From assembly GCF_003367075.2 (NCBI RefSeq), contig NZ_CP065936.1:390001-422000 (forward strand): 32,000 bases of DNA, written 5' to 3'. A program made the position numbers and the translations under genes. The stretch comes from Cylindrospermopsis raciborskii Cr2010. GTDB taxonomy: Bacteria > Cyanobacteriota > Cyanobacteriia > Cyanobacteriales > Nostocaceae. Shown piece after piece: positions 1-7,943 of this stretch. The notes beneath the pieces were generated by a model. That model saw only the letters and a program-made list of their open reading frames with translations, was not told the origin of the DNA and made no database searches. Numbering within the stretch: position 1 is the first letter of the stretch; every line of letters starts with the position of its first letter.

Positions 1-192
1 TGGCATCATTACGTCCAAAAGAATTAGGTCTGGAGGGGATTGAACCGTTTTTTGTAAAGCTGTTGCTCCATCGGAAACTGAATCAATTGCATACCCTTCA
101 CTCTCTAATAGGGTTTGGACTAAAATTAAATTATCTCTTCTATCATCGACTACAAGAATACGCGCAACTTGATCACTCTTGCTAACTGACAT
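1..192 (-). CDS. Response regulator receiver-domain protein, 5' part only (continues beyond the left window edge)
   Basis: Absent from the ORF track because it is open at the window edge. Reverse-strand translation from the ATG at 192-190 gives MSVSKSDQVARILVVDDRRDNLILVQTLLESEGYAIDSVSDGATALQKTVQSPPDLILLDVMMP. This is a canonical CheY-like start, with a VVDD acidic pocket and the LILLD phospho-acceptor context. It lies directly downstream of the kinase gene on the same strand. Confidence 0.75.
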   Translation of the reverse strand, partial: MSVSKSDQVARILVVDDRRDNLILVQTLLESEGYAIDSVSDGATALQKTVQSPPDLILLDVMMP

Positions 193-232
193 ACCCTATC
201 CACCTGAGTAAATTTAGTTTAATTGGTAGTTT

Positions 233-307
233 AAGTGGGTGAGTGGAATTAAATATAAGATCAACCATGGGTTAACCCATCCTACAAATAATTGTGCCTC
301 CCTACTT
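233..307. repeat. MITE-like repeat, copy 1 (short variant lacking the central hairpin)
   Basis: AAGTGGGTGAGTGGAATTAAATATAAGAT...ATGGGTTAACCCATCCTACAAATAATTGTGCCTCCCTACTT matches the copies at 4029 and 20545. About 33 nt, including the GTTGGGTT/AACCCAAC hairpin, are replaced by CAACC. Confidence 0.75.
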
Positions 308-328
308 ATTGACGCTCCCCCACAAGGA

Positions 329-1615
329 CTAATATCTGGCTCTCCATTTTTCTGGAACTGACATACTGCGACCTTTTTTCTCCAAATAGCTCAGTTTCTC
401 TTCACTGAGTGAATTTACACTAACTTGTCTTGGTAATTCAACTGTAAATAGTGAACCTACTGCTAATTGACTTTCCAACATTATTTTTCCTCCCATGATT
501 TTCACTAATGAATCAATAATTGCTAAACCCAATCCAGTCCCTGGATATTTACGACTCATACCTTGGTCTACCTGTCTAAATGCTTCAAAAATATGTTCAC
601 AATCTTGATTGGAAATACCAATTCCAGTATCCCTAATAGAAATAGCTATGCGACTTTTACTGGTTTCGGTAACTCTAACCCAAACACACCCGCGCTCTGT
701 AAACTTAATAGCATTTGAAAGCAAGTTAATTAAAATCTGACGCACCCGTACAGGATCATTAAATACAAGAGTATTTTCCAAATCTATTTCTACAGATAAA
801 GATAACTTCTTGGCTTCCACTAAAGAGCGGATTTCACCCACAGTATGATTAACCATCTTAGACAGATCGAAAATTTCTGGTTTTAATCCTAATCTACCAG
901 AATCAATCTTAGAAAAGTCTAAAACCTCATTCAGTAACATCGACAAATCCTTGGCATTATTCAGAATGCGTTTTAACATATCCGTCTGTACACTACTTAG
1001 CTGACTAAATTTAGGACGCAGTAGAATTTGGGCAAACCCGATTATAGCATTCATGGGGGTTCGCAACTCATGAGATATGGTTGACAAAAATTGTGATTTC
1101 AATCTTGATACTTCTAATAGTTTCAAATTCTGTAGTTGAATTTGTTGTCGTTGTCTCTCTAATTCATCGTTACTACGAATCAACTTTTCATGGCTTTCTT
1201 TAAGCTGACTATAAGCTAACTGGGCTTTAGTCTCGGACTGGTGCAAGCGAATTGCATTTCGCAGTGTTATAGATAAAATTTCTGGAGTGAGACTGGATTT
1301 ATTTAAATAGTCTGTAGCACCGTTATGTAATAAATTGAGAGCGGTTTTTTCCTCTCCTGGACTTGTAAGAATCACCAGGGGGACTTTAATCTGGGAGAAA
1401 TGTAGTTTGTCAATTAGGGTCAAAGTGCCATCCACCAAAGGAGAACCAAGAAAAATACAGTCGAATCTAGCACTTTCTAGGACACAAAAAACATTCTTGC
1501 TGTCACTGACCTCCCATAATTCCAAGGATAACCTGGTTTCGTTTACCACTAAACGAAATAGCTTACGTGCTAAGTCATCCTCATCCACAACCAAAATTTT
1601 TAGCCTCTCTTCCAT
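329..1615 (-). CDS. Sensor histidine kinase with an N-terminal receiver-like (pseudo-receiver) domain
   Basis: 428-aa ORF with an ATG start. It has the H-box SHELRTPMNAIIGF, N-box LLSNAIKFT, G1 RDTGIGI and G2 GTGLGLAI. A coiled-coil linker (QRQQIQLQNLKLLEVSRLKSQF) precedes the H-box. The N-terminal 120 aa have a CheY-like pattern but no Asp at the phospho-acceptor position (DCIFLGSPLVDG). Confidence 0.9.
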   Translation of the reverse strand: MEERLKILVVDEDDLARKLFRLVVNETRLSLELWEVSDSKNVFCVLESARFDCIFLGSPLVDGTLTLIDKLHFSQIKVPLVILTSPGEEKTALNLLHNGATDYLNKSSLTPEILSITLRNAIRLHQSETKAQLAYSQLKESHEKLIRSNDELERQRQQIQLQNLKLLEVSRLKSQFLSTISHELRTPMNAIIGFAQILLRPKFSQLSSVQTDMLKRILNNAKDLSMLLNEVLDFSKIDSGRLGLKPEIFDLSKMVNHTVGEIRSLVEAKKLSLSVEIDLENTLVFNDPVRVRQILINLLSNAIKFTERGCVWVRVTETSKSRIAISIRDTGIGISNQDCEHIFEAFRQVDQGMSRKYPGTGLGLAIIDSLVKIMGGKIMLESQLAVGSLFTVELPRQVSVNSLSEEKLSYLEKKGRSMSVPEKWRARY

Positions 1616-1915
1616 TAGTTTCCATTTCCCCCCCGTTTACATATATTTGTCTAATTTTTAGACCAGTTTTACGCGCCCAGATGACCGGTTTCCCAGACTC
1701 AAGTTATACCCACATTATTTCGTATTCGCATCAGCATTTCATATCCCGGAACTTTTGGCATATATCCCTGGTTATATTTTTACTCTTCCCTAAGATAGAT
1801 GTAATTTACAACATATATCATCTAAGATCCCCTTGGGGATATTAGACACAAGGAGTTTGACCTAATGGGTGAATTTCCAAGATAATTATGATAATTTGGT
1901 TAATTTGGTACGACA

Positions 1916-2632
1916 ATGAGTGAAATTAGCATTATTTTAATAGAAGACCATGATTTAACTAGAATGGGTTTAAAGACTGTCATCCAGTCCCACCCAGGGT
2001 TGAAGGTAATCGGCGAAGCAGCAAATGCAACTCAAGGACTAAAACTTTTGGAAACTACTAAACCAGATGTGGCTGTGGTCGATATTGGATTACCTGATAT
2101 GGATGGGATAGAATTAACTCGTAAGTTTAAGCGCCATCAAACTGAAAACGGACAGAACAATACCAAAATACTGGTTTTGACCATGGATAGTACGGAAGAA
2201 TCAGTTCTAGCTGCTTTTGCAGCGGGAGCAGACTCCTATTACATGAAAGAGACTAGCATTAATAAATTAACAGAAGCTATAAATGCTACTTATGCGGGAA
2301 ATTCTTGGATAGATCCAGCGATCGCGAATGTAGTTTTAAGGAGGATGCGTGTCCAGTCACCGGGGGAAGCAGGGGATAAACCAAACATGGTCAAAATAGA
2401 GGGTTTAGCCATAGAGTACGAACAGGTGCTAGAAAGCTCTCCCCTGACCCAACGGGAGTTGGAAATTTTGGAATTAATAGTGGATGGTTGTAGCAACGGA
2501 CAAATAGCAGAGAAACTCTATATTACAGTGGGAACGGTAAAAACCCATGTTCGCAATATTTTGAATAAGCTCTGTGCGGATGATAGAACCCAAGCTGCTG
2601 TGCGGGCTCTACGTTCAGGATTGGTTGGGTGA
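1916..2632 (+). CDS. NarL/FixJ (LuxR-type HTH) family response regulator
   Basis: 238 aa with an ATG start. The receiver domain has the phospho-acceptor context VAVVDIGLPDMDG. The C-terminus carries a LuxR HTH (LTQRELEILELIVDGCSNGQIAEKLYITVGTVKTHVRNILNKL). It is transcribed divergently from the kinase gene. Confidence 0.9.
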   Translation: MSEISIILIEDHDLTRMGLKTVIQSHPGLKVIGEAANATQGLKLLETTKPDVAVVDIGLPDMDGIELTRKFKRHQTENGQNNTKILVLTMDSTEESVLAAFAAGADSYYMKETSINKLTEAINATYAGNSWIDPAIANVVLRRMRVQSPGEAGDKPNMVKIEGLAIEYEQVLESSPLTQRELEILELIVDGCSNGQIAEKLYITVGTVKTHVRNILNKLCADDRTQAAVRALRSGLVG

Positions 2633-3964
2633 GCCCAATCTCACTTCCAAACATTCAGCAATGCGTTTTGCTGCTCCTGGTTTCCCCATACGTTCCCATC
2701 CATTTGTGGCAATTTCCTGGAAAAAGTCAGGATTTTGGAACAGATTTGAAACGGTTTTGGGAACTTGTCTGGGGTGATCTAATAATATTAAAGAAACTCC
2801 TAAAAGACGACTTTGAGCTTCAGCAAAATTGGGATTATATTGAGGACCTTTACCTGGAAAAGCAATTACAGGTTTTCCCAGTCCTACAAATTGCTCTGTG
2901 GCGGTACCCGCCATAGCAATGGCTAAATGTGCCCAGTGTAGACATTCATTATAAGATGTTTTTGTTAATAGTAAATAGGCATTTCTTTGTTTAAAAACTA
3001 AAGCATGGGGATCCCTAATAGCAATGGGGGATGAGTGATGATTTTCCCAACCTTGAATTTTTAAACTTTCAGATAAAATTGCCTCGTCCAAACCGGGAGC
3101 GATCGCACTGAGAAAAATAATTTTTTGCCCGTGTAAACTCTCCATTAAACCGGATATAGCCACCATAATCATTTCCCAATTATTATATGCTTCACCAGTG
3201 CGGGAACCGGGGAGTAAAGTAACAATGAGGGGGTAATAACTCTCTGATTTTTGGAGATTGGAATCTAGAAATTGGGGTGTATTAGAAGAAGGCTCCAAAC
3301 CATCCATCATGGGATTTCCTGCATCAAAAGCTGGGATAGGCCACCTTCTTAAAATTTCCGTGGTTAGGGTATCTCGAGGGAAAACTGCACGACAGCGACG
3401 ACCACTCATCAACCATCTTTCCCAGGGGTGGTAAATGGAACCGGAGAAGTTTTCCCACCAAGATTTTTGGGAATTTCTCCTGAGTAGACCGATTTTATCC
3501 CGCACATAATATTCTGATTTTGCGGTTCCCACAAAAGCATAATTAGCACCGCTGATGGCGGCAAATAATAGAGGTATGATATCACCCACTGCTAGAATTC
3601 CTTGGTGATTGCCCAATTTTCTTTGACATTTTACCCAGATACGAACTGCTTGAATTTGCTTCCAGGTGAGTTGAATTAGACCACTTTGGATATCCTGTAC
3701 CAGTTGACTACTATCCATATAGATAAAACCACCTGAAGGCATGGTTTTTACATCCCCAATACGGGGTATATTTAAACTTTGATAGGTATGACCTTCTCCT
3801 ACTATTGGTAAGGCAAAAATATCGGGAGCTGAGGGGAGCTTTTTTAGTTCTTCGATAATCCTTCCTGCAATTATATCCTCTCCGTGACCATTACTTAAAA
3901 TAAGTAACTGCCAATTGGGGCTTTTTTCCAGGGTATGGTCTAAGGGTAACGATGAATGTTTCAT
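2615..3964 (-). CDS. Lipid-A-disaccharide synthase-related glycosyltransferase-like protein (cyanobacterial LpxB-related family)
   Basis: 449-aa ORF with an ATG start. The N-terminal LLILSNGHGEDIIAGRI and the C-terminal MAGTATEQFVGLGKPVI pattern match my memory of the conserved cyanobacterial LpxB-related family. The assignment was not searched. Confidence 0.7.
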   Translation of the reverse strand: MKHSSLPLDHTLEKSPNWQLLILSNGHGEDIIAGRIIEELKKLPSAPDIFALPIVGEGHTYQSLNIPRIGDVKTMPSGGFIYMDSSQLVQDIQSGLIQLTWKQIQAVRIWVKCQRKLGNHQGILAVGDIIPLLFAAISGANYAFVGTAKSEYYVRDKIGLLRRNSQKSWWENFSGSIYHPWERWLMSGRRCRAVFPRDTLTTEILRRWPIPAFDAGNPMMDGLEPSSNTPQFLDSNLQKSESYYPLIVTLLPGSRTGEAYNNWEMIMVAISGLMESLHGQKIIFLSAIAPGLDEAILSESLKIQGWENHHSSPIAIRDPHALVFKQRNAYLLLTKTSYNECLHWAHLAIAMAGTATEQFVGLGKPVIAFPGKGPQYNPNFAEAQSRLLGVSLILLDHPRQVPKTVSNLFQNPDFFQEIATNGWERMGKPGAAKRIAECLEVRLGSPNQS

Positions 3965-4028
3965 ACAATTGACAAAATAATATATATTAAAACTAGACCA
4001 GAACCGTTTTTAAAAACAATTCGTGGAT

Positions 4029-4136
4029 AAGTGGGTGGGTGGAATTAAATATAAGATGAACGTAGGTTGGGTTGAAGTATGAAACCCAACACCCCCATGG
4101 GGTTAACCCATCCTACAAATAATTGTGCCTCCCTAG
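4029..4136. repeat. MITE-like repeat, copy 2 (full length, about 108 bp)
   Basis: AAGTGGGTGGGTGGAATTAAATATAAGATGAACGTAGGTTGGGTTGAAGTATGAAACCCAACACCCCCATGGGGTTAACCCATCCTACAAATAATTGTGCCTCCCTAG. It contains the 8-bp hairpin GTTGGGTT(4066-4073)/AACCCAAC(4083-4090) and a GTTAAC-centred palindrome. Confidence 0.8.
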
Positions 4137-4528
4137 GGTATTTTACCCTCTGCTTGCAATCTTTCTAAACAGGATTTCAGGGTTCTAGGGTCAAATAAAA
4201 TTGGCAAAAAATGGATGCTTTTGATTTCTCTAAAATAGAACAAAATTGGCACCCTATCCCAAAAAATTCGCCAACTTTGCCACTCCCCATAAGGAAATCT
4301 CCTGATTAACTTCTCACCTCGGTAAATATCAAAGTCATTCCCAGTAAATAAAAACCGCAACGACACAGCTTGAAACATGAGAAATAATCCAAATAGCGCG
4401 ATCGCACCACCCAATAAAGGTTGAAGCACTAATAGGGGAATAGAACTAATTACTAATACCAGAGGAATATTGTAACTAGTTTTGAGCTCCGTGGTAGATA
4501 AACTACTAGATAAGGGATAATTTGTCAT
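4133..4528 (-). CDS. Small conserved membrane protein (possibly DUF3119 family)
   Basis: 131 aa with an ATG start and two clear hydrophobic helices (IPLVLVISSIPLLVLQPLLGGAIALFGLFLMFQAV). It lies immediately downstream of the MlaE-like permease on the same strand. The family name is from memory only. Confidence 0.6.
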   Translation of the reverse strand: MTNYPLSSSLSTTELKTSYNIPLVLVISSIPLLVLQPLLGGAIALFGLFLMFQAVSLRFLFTGNDFDIYRGEKLIRRFPYGEWQSWRIFWDRVPILFYFREIKSIHFLPILFDPRTLKSCLERLQAEGKIP

Positions 4529-4555
4529 AATTTTTGAGAGTTGTAGGTGAAATAA

Positions 4556-5350
4556 TTAAGGTCTGATAGATGGATTACCCGCTCCCTGAAACATCAACCA
4601 TGATAAAAAGAAATTGCTAATGAAAATCACTAACAGAGCAGTAACCACTGCTGTGGTGGTTGATTGTCCCACACCCTTAGCTCCCCCTGTCGTGGTTAAA
4701 CCCCAGCTGCAACCAATTATGGCGATTAAAATCCCAAAACACGCTGCCTTAATCATGGCACTAGTTATATCTCGCAGATCTAAAAAGTTACGCGCTGAGT
4801 CTAAAAACACCGTATCCGAAAGATTGTAAAGATTGGTAGCAATTATCAATCCTCCCCACATTCCAGTAACCAGAGATAGCAGGGTCAAAATTGGTAACAT
4901 TAATAAACATGCTAAAAGACGAGGGATGACTAAAAAATCAATAGGGTCAGTCTTTAACATTAACAAAGCATCTATTTGTTCTGTAACCCGCATAGTACCA
5001 ATTTCTGCCGCAAATGCAGAACCTACTCTACCCGCTAAAATAACTGCTGTGAGTACAGGTGATAATTCTCGGGTTAAAGCTACTGCTAATACCCCCCCTA
5101 CCAAATTCCCAGCACCAAAGTTAATAAACTCTCGCGCTACCTGAATTGTAAACACTGCACCGACGAAAATCGCCGTTAGTAAGGCTATAAATAGGGAATC
5201 TGGTCCCACTACCGCTAGTTGCTCTAGTGTGTTACGACGATGAATTTTTCCCCTGAGCAAGTGCAGTGTCACTTGTCCCCCTAAAAAAATCGCCTCCACC
5301 AGTCTTTGACCCCATAGTCCTAAACTGGATTTAGATATAGTCTGGCTCAA
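4556..5350 (-). CDS. mlaE: MlaE/Ttg2B-family ABC transporter permease (lipid transport, TGD1-like)
   Basis: 264-aa polytopic membrane protein. The MlaE-typical segments are LAVVGPDSLFIALLTAIFVGAVFTIQ, TRELSPVLTAVILAGRVGSAFAAEIGTMRVTEQIDAL and GGAKGVGQSTTTAVV. The first codon in the track is TTG, and there is no nearby in-frame ATG. Confidence 0.85.
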   Translation of the reverse strand: MSQTISKSSLGLWGQRLVEAIFLGGQVTLHLLRGKIHRRNTLEQLAVVGPDSLFIALLTAIFVGAVFTIQVAREFINFGAGNLVGGVLAVALTRELSPVLTAVILAGRVGSAFAAEIGTMRVTEQIDALLMLKTDPIDFLVIPRLLACLLMLPILTLLSLVTGMWGGLIIATNLYNLSDTVFLDSARNFLDLRDITSAMIKAACFGILIAIIGCSWGLTTTGGAKGVGQSTTTAVVTALLVIFISNFFLSWLMFQGAGNPSIRP

Positions 5351-5721
5351 TGTCTTCTATCTAACTCGGTGACTCTTCTAAGAATAGCGAAACTTCTCGC
5401 TTTTTTCTCTTGACCATTTTGATCACTATATTAACTTTGGTTAAGGATTTTCTCACTAATTACATCTTAACATATCTTAATTTTTAACCCGATACAACAT
5501 ATCTAAATGTAATTAATTAACCAAACCCATGTATATCAAGGGTTTTACCACTTGGGGTTCCCTAAAACTGACCCTGCACTAGATGGTAATTTTCATCTGT
5601 ATTTTAATTAAGATTTAAGATTTTTGACAAATCCGTATTTTTCATCGCGATCGCCCCTATTGTAGAAATTGACGTGCAGGTTTTGGTCTGTCGTCGTCTT
5701 AAATCTTGGAGATGGCCTGAA

Positions 5722-6120
5722 ATGATGGTTTTTACTAACTTTCTCCGCTCAGTTTTACTGGCCATAGTATTGAGTTTTATAGCTCCAATATTATTTGTTG
5801 GTTTTTTATTGTCCTGTCTATGTTTGTTTGGACTCATCCCTATCTTACATGGAGTGACTCAGGACATACCCAATGACATACTGCATTTTTTAGCTACCTT
5901 TGGCACTGGTAGTCCCCTCCATGGATTGTTAATCATTGGTCTGACCTTTGGTTTTGTTGGCGGGTTATTTGACGTTTATGCCTACTATCGTCATCAGGTT
6001 TTTAGTTTAAACAGTGAGGGATTGATTCAAACTTCAACAATTACAGTGTTTTGTGAATCCTTAGAGAATGAGGAAGTATATTTAAAACCTTTAACCAGAG
6101 CACCAGGAGCTATATCTTAA
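5722..6120 (+). CDS. Hypothetical small membrane protein
   Basis: The track ORF 5674..6120 starts at GTG. The tandem ATG ATG at 5722 is the more likely start. It has two or three hydrophobic helices (FLRSVLLAIVLSFIAPILFVGFLLSCLCLFGLIPIL, GLLIIGLTFGFVGGLF). I recognised no family. Confidence 0.4.
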   Translation: MMVFTNFLRSVLLAIVLSFIAPILFVGFLLSCLCLFGLIPILHGVTQDIPNDILHFLATFGTGSPLHGLLIIGLTFGFVGGLFDVYAYYRHQVFSLNSEGLIQTSTITVFCESLENEEVYLKPLTRAPGAIS

Positions 6121-6745
6121 CAAACAAAGCGCGGTAAATGGGTTCACCCTTATTCTGGGTAGCTATTTCCCGTTCTGTGGGGACTAGGGGGTTTTCCGAT
6201 AACCATACCCCGTTAAATGCTGGGTGTTCTTGCAGGCGATCGCACATTTGAGTAGCTAGAAAATGTTGATCAGACTGTATAAACACTTCTCCACCCACAA
6301 CCAAGTAATTAGCCAAATGTGACACCAATTGGGGTTGTACCACACGACGTTTAGCATGACGGGATTTAAACCAAGGATCGGGGAATTGGATAGTTACCCG
6401 TTGTAGAACTCCCGTTGGCAAACTGGACAAAATTGGCTCTAGGGAATTATTCACATTACAAAATAAATAATGTAAATTTTGCCAATCTAATTGACCAGCT
6501 AATCTGTTAGCTTCCGTCACCAGAGGTTCTCTAATTTCTAAACCCAAAAAATTCCAGTTTAATTCTCTTTGAGCCATTTGTAATAAAAACCTACCTCGTC
6601 CAGCTCCAATATCCAAGTGTAGAGGTTGGTTTGTTTGAGAAAAAACCTGTTCCCATATTGGTGGATCAATAGGAGTTTGGAACTTTCTAGCTAGAGGGTT
6701 AACGTGCTGACGCACCCGAATCAAAGGCAAAATTTCCACCTCCAA
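6110..6745 (-). CDS. trmB: tRNA (guanine46-N7)-methyltransferase
   Basis: 211 aa. It has RVRQHVNPLA near the N-terminus, the SAM-binding motif LHLDIGAGRGRFLL, and FPDPWFKSRHAKRR. The track start is TTG, so the exact start is uncertain. Confidence 0.85.
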   Translation of the reverse strand: MEVEILPLIRVRQHVNPLARKFQTPIDPPIWEQVFSQTNQPLHLDIGAGRGRFLLQMAQRELNWNFLGLEIREPLVTEANRLAGQLDWQNLHYLFCNVNNSLEPILSSLPTGVLQRVTIQFPDPWFKSRHAKRRVVQPQLVSHLANYLVVGGEVFIQSDQHFLATQMCDRLQEHPAFNGVWLSENPLVPTEREIATQNKGEPIYRALFVKI

Positions 6746-6824
6746 AGACTATAAAAGGTCTAATTTAGTGTACATTTTAGATTAAACAGATAAGTGGTTT
6801 TAACATTTTTTTAAATTAACAGAT

Positions 6825-7928
6825 ATGAAGTTTCGCTTTGCCATAGTTAGCGATTTGCACATTGCTCTACCCCACACCATATGGGATCATCCTGATCGGT
6901 TCCACCTAGTGGAAGTAAGTATCCCCGCTTTAGAAATTGTCCTAGAACATCTCACCCAACTGGATCTGGATTTTCTTTTACTCCCGGGAGACCTCACCCA
7001 ACACGGTGAACCAGAAAATCACGCCTGGTTGAGCAACAGACTATCACAGCTACCATTTCCTAGCTATGTTGTCCCTGGTAATCATGATGTCCCCGTATTG
7101 TTAGCCAATTACCAGTCTATTGGTTTTATGGAGTTTCCCTATTATTACCATAAATTTGGCTATGATCACCCAGACCATTTCTATTATAACCGTCAAATAT
7201 TGCCAGGTGTGAGACTAATTGGGTTAAACTCTAACACCTTTGACCACCATGGTAAACAGATAGGACTTTTAGACCCGGAACAATTTCAATGGTTAGAGTC
7301 AGAATTGTCCAAGATAAAGGATGAATTAGTCTTGGTTATGATTCATCATAATGTTGTTGAGCATTTACCCAACCAGGCAACCCATCCCATGGCTAATCGT
7401 TACATGTTAGAGAACGCTCGAGAGCTAGTAGACCTGTTGGTTAGACATGGGGTTAAACTAGTGTTTACAGGACACTTACATGTACAAGATGTAGCCCAGT
7501 CCAACGGAGTTTATGATATTACCACCGGTTCCCTTGTCAGTTATCCCCATCCCTATAGAGTATTAGAATATGAACGAGACCATCTAGGGAGAGAATGGTT
7601 ACAAATATTCTCCCATCGAGTTCAATCAGTACCCCAATTTCCCGATTTACAACAATCATCCAGACAATGGATGGGCGATCGCTCCTTTCCCTTTGTGATC
7701 AAACTACTCACCTTACCCCCCTTGAATTTACCCTTAAATCAGGCCCAAAAGCTAGCTCCTGACCTGCGAGAATTTTGGGCCACCATAGCGGATGGGGATG
7801 GAATCTTGGAATATCCCACCTTTCCCCTAGAAGTTCGGTCTTACATTGCAAAATATGGAGCCATTAGTCATAGTGGTGCTCCCACCTATATTGATAATAA
7901 CAGTCGTCTTTTGCTTAATGATCGGTAA
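6825..7928 (+). CDS. Calcineurin-like metallophosphoesterase
   Basis: 367 aa with an ATG start. It has the ordered motifs SDLH, PGDLTQHG, PGNHD, IHHN and TGHLH. Confidence 0.85.
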   Translation: MKFRFAIVSDLHIALPHTIWDHPDRFHLVEVSIPALEIVLEHLTQLDLDFLLLPGDLTQHGEPENHAWLSNRLSQLPFPSYVVPGNHDVPVLLANYQSIGFMEFPYYYHKFGYDHPDHFYYNRQILPGVRLIGLNSNTFDHHGKQIGLLDPEQFQWLESELSKIKDELVLVMIHHNVVEHLPNQATHPMANRYMLENARELVDLLVRHGVKLVFTGHLHVQDVAQSNGVYDITTGSLVSYPHPYRVLEYERDHLGREWLQIFSHRVQSVPQFPDLQQSSRQWMGDRSFPFVIKLLTLPPLNLPLNQAQKLAPDLREFWATIADGDGILEYPTFPLEVRSYIAKYGAISHSGAPTYIDNNSRLLLNDR

Positions 7929-7943
7929 ATTACCTTTTACCCG

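Noticed and set aside
1335-1845. Plus-strand ORFs 1335..1661 and 1567..1845
   Set aside because: The first is antisense to the histidine kinase. The second lies in the divergent promoter region, has low-complexity composition and has no recognisable motif.
2290-2916. ORFs 2290..2496 (-), 2574..2777 (+) and 2629..2916 (+)
   Set aside because: They overlap the well-supported response regulator and LpxB-related CDSs in antisense or alternative frames.
4614-5144. Plus-strand ORFs 4614..4829 and 4833..5144
   Set aside because: They are antisense to the MlaE-family permease, whose minus-strand frame has clear family motifs.
5386-5407. A hairpin plus T-run (AGCGA AACTTC TCGCT TTTTTCTCT) resembling a plus-strand terminator
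   Set aside because: The stem is only 5 bp, and no plus-strand gene lies upstream. It sits in the 5' leader or promoter region of the minus-strand mlaE-like gene, so a terminator role is unsupported.
5604-5837. Minus-strand 77-aa Lys/Arg-rich ORF
   Set aside because: It overlaps the plus-strand hydrophobic membrane ORF and the mlaE upstream region. Its basic, low-complexity composition is typical of an antisense artefact. Neither ORF is strongly supported, and I kept the plus-strand one at low confidence.
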